Notes under the pieces: model-generated | Databases searched by the model: none | What the model was told of the DNA's origin: nothing | The model's input: only the letters and a program-made list of their open reading frames with translations | Made by a program: the position numbers and the translations under genes | Shown here: one piece after another, positions 1-13,676 of the stretch | How positions within the stretch are numbered: the stretch's first letter is position 1 | Layout: each line of letters opens with the position of its first letter | Assembly: GCA_949358305.1 (NCBI GenBank) | Contig: OX442314.1 | Location: 10,478,001-10,542,000 of the forward strand | Length of the DNA stretch: 64,000 nucleotides | Source of the DNA: Strigamia acuminata | Lineage: Eukaryota | Direction: 5' to 3'

Positions 1-21
1 AAGGTCTGACTAATTCCATCA

Positions 22-1790
22 ATGTCTGATTTAAAGTTTAGAGTATCTCGAGACCAGGGATCATCACGCACACCATATTACCGTAAGTGTTTCTTGCTCC
101 AAAAAACGTTAATTTAGTCGTTTAACGCGATCTGTGTTGGCACTTAAGCGCAAACATAACTTGTTGCGACGTTAGGCCTAAAAATGTACAAATTTCAATT
201 GACAACTTCCTCGTTTAGAGCATGACGACAGGGACGAAAGAATAGTAAAATTTAAGTCAAACAGTAACGGTGGAGGTCGCAGACGAAGAAGAGACAATCG
301 TAAGTCGTTCGATGATTTAAAAATTTGAAATTTGGAGCAAAAATTGATTTCTTCTTCTCCAGATTTAAAGCAGGCCGATGGCCGTTCTACTTTCTATGAT
401 GAGGAAGGAGACGTGCAAATGGAAGCAGACAATGAACCGTCGAGGAAATCACGATTGTAATGGAGATTTAATTGAAAAATATATTTTTTTGTGTTTATTT
501 TGATCTTTTTTTGTTGATTAGTGTTCCGTATGAAGCCAGAGGTGGCTTCAATAGGGGGAAAAATCGAAGACAACCGAGACGGTGGGGTCGTGGATGTGCG
601 GATGGTGGATATAATCAAAGAAATGATAGAAATAGTCGATCCAATAGCAACTGGTTTCGAATAGTGGTGTGTATTTGATGTTGATGGTGAGAGAATCATT
701 TTTTTGATTGTGTTATTTTTATTTTGTAGATTCCAAAGATGATCAATGTAGATAAAAACACAATTTTGGAGAGCATCAAACAAAAATCTCATGTTCCATT
801 TGTTCCGTTTAACGTATGTTTAACAGAAATCGAATAATTAAGTGGTTCTTTCAATGAAAATAGATAACATTTGTTATTTTTTTTTATAAAATAGTAATTA
901 TTTTAATTTAATAGTGAAGATTTATCAGTTTTTCTATAAAATAGGAAAAATTTGTCAGTTTTACTATGAAATAGTGACAATTTGTCAGTTTTACTATGAA
1001 ATAATGACAATTTGTCAGTTTTTTTTTTATTGAAAATAACACGTTTCCACATTTTCAATGAAAGTATTTTTTTTTCTTTTTAGCGAAAATGATAGAAAAT
1101 TAAATAATTTCTCATTTTTTTACAGTTTAACTACGAAGGTTCTTACGCCATATTTCACGTTGAAGGGCGCGAATGCGCCAGAGCAATCGAAAGACTAAAT
1201 GGCGAAATTTCTTCGCCAAATGGAACCAAAGTAAATTTAAATTTTTTTTTTAAATTAAAATAAAACAAAAATATATAATGTGAAATAAATTTCAGATGGT
1301 GATTAAAGCATATCCGAGTTCACAACCCCCTGAAATTCCATTGGATGAACACGTTTTGGCCAGAATCAAACTAGCCATGGACAAGCGCTACAATTCCAAC
1401 ACAAAATCACTCGATTTATCGTCGTTTGTCAACGATAGTGGTAAGTAGCGAAGCTGAAATCACAACAACAACAACAAAAATAAATCCAACACTTTGCGAA
1501 TTATTTCAGAATTTAAGAACAACGGCGTATACATTTCCCTGAATAGAAAAAACGTGTTCACGAGTATAATCGAAATTATCGAAGAACATATTCCAGAAGT
1601 AATAACAAAATAAAAAATCAATTTTTTTTAATTAAATTAAATTTTTAATTTCAGTTATTAGCGTTGAATTTGGCCGACAATAAATTGACATCCGAACAAT
1701 TGGCGTTGATGTCGGGTAAACTGAAAAATGTCAAAATCCTAATACTAGCAGGAAATTACGTGAGTTGAAATATAACGTAAAAATTAAGTT

Positions 1791-1822
<32 letters not shown>

Positions 1823-4800
1823 GTCAGTTAAAAAATTTAAACGACCTGAATTCGATCAGAGAATTAGCCTTGGAGGAGTTAATAGTGTTGCGAAATCCGT
1901 TGTGCGACAGCAACAAAGACCAGGCAGCTTTTGTTAGGTAATGTTAACGCTCGATTAACAATTTGTAGGTGCATTGACGCGTTGGTCAAATGTGGGCGTT
2001 ACAAATGTGTGTAATTGTCTTGGATGTTTACAAAATGTTGTTTCAAAGTTTCCAAATTGGTGTTTTTCGGTGGACGGAGTTTCAAACGAAGGTTTGAATT
2101 GCTTCGACGAACGATTCGCTTCGATTTAGGGTAATGATAATCATAAAGCAGAGTTATAAAATGCATCCAAGGGGGAATATGTGAAAGTTGTGATGATTTT
2201 ATAGACGCAAATGGTTAAATTAGCAATTTAAAATCTAAAATTTGATGTTTTTAGACGATTTTTTGGTAAATTTTGATGTTTTTGGATGATTTTTTGATAA
2301 ATTTTGATGTTTTTGGATGATTTTTTGATAAATTTTGATATTTTTCGATGATTTTTTTGATGTTTTTGGTGTTTTCTGATGGATGTCAACGCGAAAAAGC
2401 CTTTGAAGAGTGGAGAAGCGAATTTGAATTTGATTGGAGATGAGCAGATGCAGTTTAATGTGATTGGAGATTGTTGAGTACCTTGCACCGTACCCTGTTC
2501 TCTGCCAGTTTGGTGCGGCGTTCTGCTTGTTGAAGGTGATGACACTGTGGGTAGGTCTCACTTCTCCCTCCCTCGGAATTGGTGCTTGAGTCAGAGGTGA
2601 CGAGGTTCTGGTGTAAGAGTCAGGCGATATGGTTGCTGGTACAAGTCTGCAAAAACGATTTAAACACGATTTGGAATTCTCTAAAATTCCGCTTGGAAGG
2701 AAAAGGCAAAAATGGAAATTTTTCTTTAAAAATTTTTATAAAAAAAAAAATTTAAAATTTCAATATTTTTTAAAATATTTTTTTTAAATAATATTTAATT
2801 TTTTTTTTTTGATATTGTTATTTAACCGTTTGCGAGGCGGGAATTTTAAATATATATATTTTTTTTTACATTTTGTGTTTATTTGGATGTAATTTTTTAA
2901 TTGCTGTGGTTTGGTTGGATTTACTGCATTGAGGAGCGTTATTGTGTCGTTCGAAGCAATTCTAGCTGTCAATCAAAATTGAATTAGCGAAGAAAACGGA
3001 AACTTGGATTAATTTTGGTCGATTTTCGTGTTGTTTTGGTTTTTTGTTGTTGGGTGTGGAAATTTGGAATTAATTGATGTTGTAATTTGTAACCGACTCA
3101 CTTGGCTTGACTTTGCCGCTAATGATGGCGTGGAGGGGCCTCTGCACCCGTTTTGTGTCGCTTTTGGAATCGTGGCACAGATGGACGCCAAAGGCCTCAA
3201 ACTATGTTCATCGAATTTGTTTTCTGCAGTGCTATTCGTCAGAAGTTTCCTAAGGTCGTCCGATTGGTACGTTTGTCGAAATATTCGACCGAAAATTATT
3301 TATTGATTTTATTATTTCTTTTTTACAGGATGGGCAGGAATTACCACCCGCGTATGGGTTCGATGTTGAGCCCGAGACGATTTTACCAACTTCTCTAGTA
3401 AATAACGGCGCGCCGGTTAAGGAAAATCGATTTTAATGAATTGTTTTTGTTTTGTTTTGTTTTAGGGGAATTATTTCTCTGATGAAACAGTTCGCGGGAT
3501 TGTTCCACAATTTCTTGAGCAGTGAGTTGTGAATTGTTCTATTAATTAATTTAATTAATTAATTTTTTTGATTTAATTTTTAGATATTTCAGTTTCTACG
3601 ATGGTGGCGATCGGCAAAGTTTAGTGGCCGCGTACCACGACAAGGCGGTGTTTTCGATGAGCGCGGTGTCGTTTTTGAAGTATTTTTTTGGTGTTGGTTC
3701 GAAGTTTTGCGGTGGTTTTAACGTTTTGTTTGCGTTTGGCAGGGGCGGCATGTCTGCGGGGAATACGAACACCAATCAATTCCAGACGTACATTCGCGAA
3801 AGTCGAAATTTGTTGAAAGTCACTACCCTCGGTCGTCGAAAAACGTTGCTACGTGAAGGAAAAATGGGTATAATTTCGTATTTGAATACACTGCCGAGGA
3901 CTCAGCACGATCCTCTGTCTTTTTCCATCGATGTGCCCCATTGTTCGGTATTTTTTGTTGTTGTTCGAGTGTTTTGTCGTTGTTTTAACGATTTTTTCCT
4001 GTTTTTAGAATTCCCTGTTGACGGTGTCATGCAGTGGAGTGTTCAAAGAAATTGGCGGTAAACCGGGCATGCCCATCCGGGCATTTAGCCGCGTTTTTAT
4101 TCTGGTTCCACAGGGAGCCGGGTTTTGCATTATTAACGAAATGCTGTTTGTAACGCACGCAACGTCCGATCAAGCGAAGGTAGTGAAAATGTCGATGTTT
4201 TGGTGTTTTTGTTAATTAATTTGTTGGTTTTTGTTTATTTTTAGGCCGCTTTCAAAGTGCCCGCTCCTACTCCATCCCCGAGTCCGGTTCCTCCGTCCTT
4301 GACAAATATTCCAAATGCCGAAACACAGGAACAGATGGTGATGGCATTTTCGCAGCAATCCGGGATGAAAATAGAATGGTCGATGAAGTACGTTTTTTCA
4401 AGTTTTCTAAGACATTTTGCGATTTTATAAGAAATTATGCTATTTTTTACAGATTTTATAAGAAATTATGCGATTTTTTACAGATTTAATAAGAAATTTT
4501 GTGATTTTTTAAAGATTTATAAGAAATAATGCAATTTTTTAAAGATTTATAAGAAATTATGCGATTTTTTAAAGATTTTATAAGAAATTATGCGATTTTT
4601 TAAAGATTTTATAAGAAGTTATGCGATTTTTTAAAGATTTGATAAGAAATTATGCGATGTATTTAATTTTTTAATTTTTTTTTTAGGTGTTTACAGGAAA
4701 ATGATTGGGATTATGATAGATCTTGGATAGTTTTTGATCAGTACAACGTAAGAAATGCTCAGAAAAATGTATTTTTGATTTTAATTTTTCTTTTTTTGAT

Positions 4801-4846
4801 TTAGAAAAATGGACAAATTCCACCAGAAGCGTTTAAGACGTTGTAA
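22..4846 (+). CDS. NXF1: Nuclear RNA export factor 1 (TAP/sbr), multi-exon
   Basis: Spliced translation across GT-AG introns gives N-terminal YYQHDDR, RRM (NWFRIV), LRR (LAMDKRYNSNTKSLDLS, LLALNLADNKL), NTF2-like domain (LVAAYHDKAVFSMS, ESRNLLK, LPRTQHD, RAFSRVFILVP) and TAP-C ([22 protein letters not shown]...IPPEAFK). ATG at 22, TAA at 4844-4846. Confidence 0.95.
1938..3229 (+). other. NXF1 cassette (retainable) intron between 110-nt and 37-nt exons
   Basis: Exon 1828-1937 is 110 nt and exon 3230-3266 is 37 nt. The 1292-nt intron is far longer than the other introns of the gene and has an in-frame TAA right after the donor (AG|GTAA). Confidence 0.9.
4420..4660. repeat. Intronic ~30-31 bp tandem repeat (gattttataagaaattatgcgattttttaaa)
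   Basis: About 8 visible tandem copies in a late NXF1 intron. Confidence 0.85.
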
Positions 4847-5549
4847 AATTGTGTGGATTTGTTAAATAGTTGGATAAATATTACTTTTACTTTTGTGTTA
4901 AAATTCAGTTCATTTTGAATTATCACATTTAATCATTACATCAAATTTTTTGTTTTGTTTTAAAAAAAAATGAAAAAATTCGTTTAATTAATATTAAATG
5001 ATGTCAGTTTTGTTTTGTCATCTCACCTATTGTATAATTATTTTTTTTTATTTCGTAAGAAATGTAAACGAAATTAAAAGATATGAATAAGACACGTTTT
5101 ACAGTATTCGTTTAGTTTGATTATGCGATTTATCAAACTGTATTCCATAAAAATGGCGGTTATAGGTTTTTCAGTAGTAAAGAGTTTATTTTGTATTTTT
5201 AATGGTTCCGTTTATCGCAAGTTCTTTTTTATTACTTATATACACTTCCATTGTGACATTTTACCTATTGTAACATAAAAAAAGTGATAAATAATATTTT
5301 ATTCACAACACAAGACATCATTTGCTTATTAAATATATGAAAACAAAAATGGCGGCCAATCAGAAACGACGTTTTACTTCATTTCGAGAACGAACTTGTG
5401 AATTTTCCCGCTAGGGCGGGACAACACGTAACACATAATTCTAATTTGGCACCGTGAAAAGTGGGAAATAAAAAGGAAAATCTTCGTAGAAGAAAGCACC
5501 ACAGTTGGGTTCATTTGCTGTGAAAGCAATATATCGAGCTAGAGATACT

Positions 5550-8374
5550 TTAATGACTATAAAATACGCGATAATAGAGCGTTTTTGATCTCCACAAAGA
5601 GTAGGAATTATCAAATTTGAGTAGGTACACGCCCGGACCCGGATAAACGTGATTTCCCGCGTAAACCTCTTCGTGGCAGTCGCGGCGGTAGACTGGAATG
5701 ACGACCGTGACTGGCGGGCGATCGACGGGTGACGAACCTTTCTCGATGTCGTCTTTGCCGCTTTCTGAAACGGAGAAAATTGAATTTTATTTTATTTTAT
5801 TTTATTTGGTTGGTGGGCCACCTTCTCCTTCGTCTTCGTCGTCGTCGTCTTCGCTTTCGCTGATGTGCACGCTCACTTGGTTGCCCGGCATTTTCGTCCA
5901 TTCAAAATGGACGCCGAAAGCGATGTCGAAACTGTCGGTGGCGAACTCCCAATAAAGGCAAGTGCCGTCTTCGTGGGTTGGTACACGAACCTGTTGGGTT
6001 TGGAATGGTGAGTTTATGTTTTTGGGTAGAAGCGGAGTGGGTTTTCGGCGCTGAAAATGCACTTTTGGATTTTGGTATATCGTATTAGAAGCCGAAAATG
6101 AAATTTAGGTGCCAAAATTTGGTTTTTACTTCCGAAAAATGGATTTTAGGCCCGGATAACTAATTTTTACGACCAAAAAAACAATTTTAGGCACAAATAT
6201 GGTCTTTTTGGATCAAAAATGCAATTTTTATGTGCAAAAAAGGCCATTTTTAGACGAAAAATGCTATTTTTAAGCCAAAAACGACCAATTTTACATTTAT
6301 CCCACTCCTGCCACTGTTTTTTGTGATTAAACAGTAAACCAACCGTAACGGTTTCTCCATGCCCAACTTTAATTATCGAATCGACACTTTCTTTCTGAAT
6401 CGCATCTTTAAACTCTTTGATATCTTTCCTAGTCCACATCGATGCAGGATTCACCGCCGGCAAATCTAAAATAAAAACAATTTCTTCCATTTCTAATAAT
6501 AAATAAATTCATCGATTGATCAATTTCAACCTGACGACAAATCCTCGTCACTTCCTTCCGTCTCATCAATCTTCTCGTCAATCTTCTCCTCATTTTTCTT
6601 CACCACATTCGACGGCCCATTCGATTCCATCAATTTCGGCCTGTCAACCGCCTCCTGTTGCTGAATAAGCTGTTGTTGGTAAATTTGTTGCATATACTGT
6701 TGATAATGTTGTTCTTGTAGTTGCCTTATTAAAACAGCTTGCTGAAACGATCGATACATTTAAATTGTATATATAACATCCTGAACCATATTGAGACGTA
6801 AACGTAAACACACACTTGATCAGGGTTGCTAGGATACTGTTGCTCAGCATACGCCTTAAACTGGTGATAAGTTTGTTGGTTCAGAGCGTCCTGGATTTGA
6901 TGTCTGCAAATTGCAATTTAAAAAAATTAATTATCTCGGTAACCAAAGCCACCAAACATCAAAAACCGACAACAAACATCTGTCCGTATGTCCCAGACCC
7001 AACATTTATAGATAATACATAATAATTAATCTGTTTTTAACCATTTTCATCCGTTTTTACACTTTTAACACTAGAATGGCTAGACCGGTCATAAATTTAC
7101 ATCATAAATCAGCAAACGTGGCATTTTCTTAAAGAATAATTAAAAAAAGAGAATTAACCTAGAACGACTGAAACCGGTCAAAATGACCGGTCGAAATAGC
7201 GTGAACAATACATGCAAATGTTTTGGTGTCAAATTGATTTGTTTTAAATTCAGAAACACGCGAAACATGCGAAGAAAATAATAAAACGAAAATTGATGGA
7301 TTTTATAAAACCCGATAAAATTAAAACAGAAATTTTGATTTCAGACACGTGCAATTTGGGATAGATATGGTCCCCTGATAAAGATGATTAAACTATATCT
7401 AGTCGTTCGTAAAGTGCATATAAATGAGTATATTTTACATTATTGCACATTAATTTATTATTTAGTCATTAAAAATTATTATTTTCTCAATGGGCCATTA
7501 TGACCAGTTTTAGGCGTTCTAGGTATAGGGGGAAATTCCAGCTGTTCTAGTCTTAATCCCGTTTTATACCATTTTACCCGTTTTTACACGTTTTAATCTC
7601 ATTTTTTCGAATCAATACTTCTGAGTTTCCAATCGTTGTCGTTCTTGCTCTTCTTGTTTTCTCGTTTCTTCCTCCAATTTAAGCCGTTCCTGCTCCTCCT
7701 CTTCCAGCCTGCACTGTTCCTCGTGTAATTTCCTACGATTCAAACCCGTAAATATCCATTTTACCCCAACAAGTATTCGAAAATCACTTTAATCTCTTCT
7801 TTTCCTCCAAATCGAACTTGTGCGCTTGAATAAACGGTTTAAATAACGGACAAATTTGGTCTAATAAATTAACAAATCCAGCCATAGCGTCCTCAGTGCT
7901 CATATTGCTTAGATTCAGCCATGCTTGTCTGAAAAACAAATTAAGATTAATGTTTTTTATTTCTTAAATATTTTTCATTTGTTTACCTTCGATCTTTCCC
8001 AATCACATCGAGAACACCGACGGACGGCCAAGCCTCTAGTTTGAGAGGCCCGTGCGTTATCTGTTGGGTATACGCTACGAGTTGCAGACGGTCGCGGTAC
8101 GTCAGTTGCATTGCTTTGCCTTCTTTATCTGTGGTTGGAAATTTGCGATTAATTAAATTGGGTTTGTTTAAAAAAATAAGGGGGAACAACCTTTTAGAAA
8201 TTTCGACGCTAATTTGTATAGTTCTTTTAAAGAAAAGCCCCAATTTTCTGTGTAGTCGTCTTCGGTCGTCCCGTTTTCCATGTGTTGGCTATTGGTGTCA
8301 TCCAACGTGTCGCTCGAGATACTCAGGCGATCAAATGGGGAATCCAAGTGGGATGCTTCGTCCGTTGCGGCCAT
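5550..8374 (-). CDS. ACBD3: Golgi resident protein GCP60 / acyl-CoA binding domain-containing 3, multi-exon
   Basis: ACB domain ([39 protein letters not shown]), charged and Q-rich region ([16 protein letters not shown]), GOLD domain ([63 protein letters not shown]). Stop at 5550-5552; start at ATG 8374 is inferred. Confidence 0.95.
7069..7552. mobile_element. piggyBac-type MITE in an ACBD3 intron
   Basis: TTAA (7065-7068) | CACTAGAA ... TTCTAGTC | TTAA (7553-7556), with subterminal inverted repeats (acctagaacg / cgttctaggt). Related pieces at about 41971-42130, 58737-58769 and 59566-59750. Confidence 0.75.
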
Positions 8375-8850
8375 GTTTAATTCAGCCACGTCCCCGTCTA
8401 GATATACACCCAGTCGACTGGAAAAATTGAAAAATGGAAAAATAATAATTGAATTTTTTAATGTTTTTATTATTTAGATATTTATTTTGTTTTTCTAGTT
8501 TTAATTCTGAATTCAAATACCTAGGTTACCTAAAATATGAGTTAGTTTCTGTCTGACTCCTACATTATTATTTGATTAATTATTAATTTTTTTTTCAATT
8601 TTTTTATAATTTTAAATGAAGGAAAAATGATTATTATTATTTTTGGTTTTCTCATTTTTTTAAATAAAAAGAAAAAAATTATAAACATGCAATTTTCTTC
8701 GAGTAATAAGTTATAAGCTGGTGATGAGTCGGACACGATTTAGAATCGGGCGCCATTACGCCGACTAGGAATGAGGAGTAATCTCAATCTGTAATTATTT
8801 TACAGATAAATAAATCGAAATACTTATAATTACATTTTCTGTAAGTAACT
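8375..8850. promoter_or_regulatory. Probable bidirectional promoter region between ACBD3 and FAM98
   Basis: The divergent start codons are only about 480 bp apart. Confidence 0.55.
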
Positions 8851-11708
8851 ATGGAAGATGACATATTCGATTCTTTGGAAGATTTAGGGTAAATGCACAA
8901 ATTAATGAATAAATGGAACGGAGCCGACATCTGTCAAAAATTCGTCGATGTTCATTTTACTTTTCCTTTCGTTTTATTTCTGTTTAATTAATTTCAGATA
9001 TACCGGATCTCCGGTAGAAAATGAAGCATTTAATAAAGCAATCGAAGAAGGTGCTAAATCGGTGGAATACACGAAATTAATCGAGTGGTTGAGCTTGGAA
9101 TTGAAAGTTTTGTGTAAATTGGACGACCAAGTGAACGCCATTACGAGTAAACACAAAAATTAATTAATTCCGATTAAAATTTCGATTAAAAATTATTTAT
9201 TAATATCCATAATCTAGCCCCAGACGACTCCAGTAGTTTTGTCTTGGAAGTGAGCAGCTTTTTAAAGGAATTAAGTAAATTTTTTGTCGATTTTTATTTG
9301 TTCAAGCACAAAAAAATACAATTTTTACATTTTTTTTAGATTGTCCGTACAAAACCTTAACGGAGGGACTTCCCACGCAGAGATTACTTAATAAAACAAG
9401 TCGGCTTTGTTTAGTCGGTAAATTCGATGGTTTTACACGAGAAAATTAAATTTATGTTGATTTTTTTTTCTTCAAAGATTTTTTATGTACCGAACTTCAA
9501 GCAGCTCGAATGATCGCTCAAAACAAACCGGAATTAGTTTCCAAAAATATGCAAGTTGAAATTGTAGGTTTGATTTTTGTTTAATGAGAACAAAGTTAAC
9601 TATTCAGCGGTATTTTGTAGGCGGAAAGTACAACAGCCGGGGATTTGAAGAGCATTTTGATTACTTTGGGATTCCCGAAACCCCCGGCCAATATAAATGC
9701 GCAGCAGCTTTTCACCAAACTGGAGAACAAAGTGAAGGAATTACTTTCGAAATTGCCGTCGAATTACACGGGAAAACCGCTCTTCAACGGCGTCTTAAGC
9801 GATAAACAATGGCTGACACTCGACGGGATTAATAACGAGTTGAAAAGCGAATACAGACTGAGGCGGGAGATGCTCACGAAAAGACTCGACGTTACGATCC
9901 AATCGTTTAAATGGTCGAGTAGAGCCAAAGTGAGCATTTTATAATGAAAATATCTGTCAAATTTTGCTTTAAAAAGGTGAAAATTGATTGCAGGCGCGGG
10001 AAAACGATATAACGCAAGCATTTCAAGCAATAAGGAATTCACTTTGCGCCGATCCGGACATCAATTTAGCCGATGTTTTAGCGGCGAGAGAAGGTATTGG
10101 TTATTTCATTTATTTAATTTGGTTTTTTTTAATTAAAATAATTTTTTTTTTTAGCAATTGCGATTATGGAAAAGACGAGTAGCGCTTCGGTGAGGAGAAA
10201 TACAAAAAGTGCTGTTAATAAAGTGATGATTGGATCGGTAAAAAAGCGAGAATTTGGGAAATGGAAATTGGATTTTTATGTTTGTGGGTTTTTTTAGGTG
10301 CCCGATCGCGGCGGACGACCGGCGGAGCAGCAAGCGCCGCCACCGGAAATGCCGAGTTGGCAGAAAAGGAGCGACGGGTCTTCCGGAGGTATAAATCGGA
10401 GTGGTTTTTTTGTTTTGTTTGTGGAGGATGTTGTTGTTGTGCTGGCACCATTTGGTTTTTTGTTTTGAAAGGGAAATTTATTTTTTTTGCATTTTTTTCT
10501 TTAGGAAATCAAAGGAATCGAATTGGCCAATTTGAAAATAGTAACGAGTAAGAGTTATTTGTGAATTAATGGTGGCAGCTGCAGCAACGTCAGTTTTTAG
10601 TCGTTTGTTTCGTTATCAATTTTTATCGTCGCAATTCTTTTGCACTTAGAGAAAACATTTTTATTTTGAGTGAATTGTTTTGGCCTAAAAACATATTAAT
10701 GCTTTTATAAAAACAGTTTAGTGTCTTTTTGGGTCTAAAAATTAATTATTTTGGCCTAAATACTCATTTTAGGCATTAAAAAAACTAGTTTAGTGTCTAA
10801 AATTGCCTTTTTCGGTCTAAAAATTTATTATTTTGGCCTGAAAACATATTTATGCTTTTATAAAACAGTTTAGTGCCTTTATGAGTCTAAAAATTAATTA
10901 TTTTGGCTTAAATACTCATTTTAGGCATTAAAATAACTAGTTTAGTGCCTAAAATTGCCTTTTTCGGTCTAAAAATTCATTTTTTTTTGCTAAAAACGTA
11001 TTTCTCATGAAAATTATGTGTCTAAAATTGCATTTTGGAGTCTTGTCATGTCAGTTTTCATCGGAAAGAACCGTTTTACCTTCTAGGAACTACTTTAATT
11101 TGCTTAAAATGCAATTTTCTTCTCTTAATAAACCTCGAATTTATTCAAAAATCTTGATTTTTCTAGGAGGGGGTCGAGGGGGAGGCCGCGGAGGATATCG
11201 AGGAGGCGGTGACCAGAGAAACCGGGTCCAAGGCGGCTGGAGCGGAAAATCTCAAGATTCAAATTGGAATCAAGACAGCAGAAGTGGCGGAAACTATAGC
11301 GGCGGCGGCGGCTTCCAAGACAACAGGGGCTACCAAGGTGGTGGCTATCAAGATTCTGGAATTGGCTACCAAACTGCCTACCAAGACACGAGCCGGGGGT
11401 ACCAGGACACCAGTCGAGGGTACCAGGACACCAGGGGATATCAAGATAACAGGGGCTACCAAGACACCAGTCGAGGGTACCAAGATACGAGAGGATATCA
11501 AGATAACAGGGGCTACCAAGGAAGTAGCGGCTACCAAGACGGGGGGCAGAGAGGGCGAGGTGGTCGGCGAGGACGAGGTGGGGGTGGCAGCGGGGGCAGT
11601 GGATACAGGGGTAATAACTACGTGGATCCAAATGCTGCGGCTTATTATCAAGAACAGGGACAACAATATTATCCCAATGTGGATTACCACTATACTGGTG
11701 CTAGATAA
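8851..11708 (+). CDS. FAM98: FAM98 family protein (FAM98A/B-like), multi-exon, with RGG/YQD low-complexity tail
   Basis: MEDDIFDSLEDLGY..., LEVSSFLKELNCPY, EYRLRREMLTKRLDVTIQSFKWS, INKVMIGSVPDRGGRP-like motif. The last exon carries RGG and GYQD repeats and ends with TAA at 11706-11708. Confidence 0.93.
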
Positions 11709-11869
11709 ATCGCTGTTTAGGATCTCAGTTAATTTCATTTTGTTTATAAATCGTTGTGATGACTTTTATCTAGGTTTATAAATATTATGATGAGTTTTTT
11801 TTTTGCATTTATTTGTAATTTGTAATTTGAAACAAATAAAGCTTTTTTGTTTTGTTGTCTCAAAAATGG

Positions 11870-12128
11870 ATGTTTTTGGATGAATTTTTGATAAAATTTA
11901 ATGTTTTACGATGATTTTTTGGTAAATTTTATTGCTTTAAGACGATTTTTCTGATAAAATTTAATGTTTTACGATGATTTTTTGGTAAATTTTATTGCTT
12001 TAAGACGATTTTTTTGATAAATTTTAATGTTTTACGACGATTTTTTGGTAAATTTTAACGTTTTAAGACGATTTTTTGGTAAATTTTAACGTTTTAAGAC
12101 GATTTTTTGGTAAATTTTAATGTCTTAC
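11870..12128. repeat. ~30-bp minisatellite (gattttttggtaaattttaatgttttaagac)
   Basis: Tandem copies visible; the same family occurs at 2240-2375 and 21560-22190. Confidence 0.9.
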
Positions 12129-12266
12129 TGTTAAGTACTTAAATTTCTTTTCTGATTCCTCTTAATTTATTTTTTTACATAACGACAACGAGACTTGTGC
12201 TGTTGCTGTTGCTGCTGTTGCTGCTGGTGTTGTTGTTGTTGCTGCTGTTGTTGCTGCTGCTGCTGA

Positions 12267-12299
<33 letters not shown>

Positions 12300-12813
12300 G
12301 GTTGCTGCTGTTGCTGTTGCTGCTGTTGCTGATGATTTACAGTTATTTTAGCCTGCGTAATAAAACCGGACAACTGTTGTTGATACAGGTTAGCTGAAAA
12401 AAACAAAAGTGTTGTGGAAGAATTCCGGATCGAACTGCGTCCATCCGCCCGATCCGCGAATTTGCAGATCGGGCGGATCGGATTGACAAGCTTACACATT
12501 ATGCTTGCTTCCGTCTGTGGCATCTGAGAAACATCATGCCACTGGTTTTTGTTGCACGGGTAGGGAATGTGGCTTTCTAATAATAAAGAAACTTAAGTAA
12601 GATTAATTCTTTTTAATATTTTTTTATATATATTTTACCGACAAGTTTCCCTAAGGCATTTGGGATTAAGACACCAAAATACCCTTCCTGTTATGTTTGT
12701 CATGATTGCAGAAAACTGACACAGTGGACATACCTCAAGATCAAGAATTTGTTGGTCTTCTATTGCCAAAATTAAAAAATCTGAAAAATCTTCCGTTGAT
12801 AACACTGCTTTTA

Positions 12814-12959
12814 TACTCTTTCCGAACTCAAGAAGAGCCCTGGAAGCTGGACTCCCATTGGCCTACTTGGAACTGCAATGCAACTACTGCTACACTAGTG
12901 AGATAGCTCGGCCAATGGGAGCCCAGCTTCCAGGGCTCTTCTTGAGTTCGGAAAGAGTA
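12814..12959. mobile_element. 146-bp Tc1/mariner-type MITE
   Basis: 50-bp terminal inverted repeats with one mismatch and TA on both sides. Removing it plus one TA restores colinearity with the paralog at about 39361-39410. Confidence 0.85.
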
Positions 12960-13676
12960 TATGTCCATTACTGTATAGACTTCTCTGCAATCTCTGTGAA
13001 GGCATTCAATCTTTGCGTTGCCTCGGGTGACTTCCTTCTTGGCCTGTTTCCTTACGCAATCCCGGCAAAACCAGTGGGTGGTCGGGCATTTTAACAAATC
13101 TTCTTTCAGCAGTTCTGCGGTATTGCATAAGTTACAAATAACCAATTCGTTTTTAGCGATTGCCATTTCCATTTTTCCTTGGCGTTTGGCCTCTTTCTCT
13201 TTTCGAAATTTTATGGGTTAAATTAAATTAATGTCATTTCATACCACTTTTTTTTTTTAATTACAAACTTTCGAATGTGTCGATATTCTCTACGTAATAT
13301 TTCTCCTTCTCGAATAAAGGACAAATTTGTGTTGGTAAAATAACGCTTTCTTTTCTCCGGTGAGTTTTAATGTGTCTCAGAGTAACCACAGGTTGCTCCT
13401 TGGTTTCCACCTCGGGTTGCACCTTGGGTTCCACCTCGGTTTCCACAGACAACTTTGGTATCTTGTTTAATGGACCTGCAATTAATTTTTTTTTAATGGT
13501 CTGGCCTTTCTAGTGTTTACTATTTACAACCCAATGGGTTTACAATGCTATTATTTTATGACATTTTCTTAAAAAATAATTTTCTTTTCATTCAATTACC
13601 TTCACTGACTGAAATCATCTTCACAATCGGAGTTAAGATGCAACCCCTGCTTTTCATGACTGTATTCAAGTCACTT

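Noticed and set aside
12197..12397. Poly-leucine ORF
   Set aside because: Antisense reading of the CAG/CAA polyQ tract.
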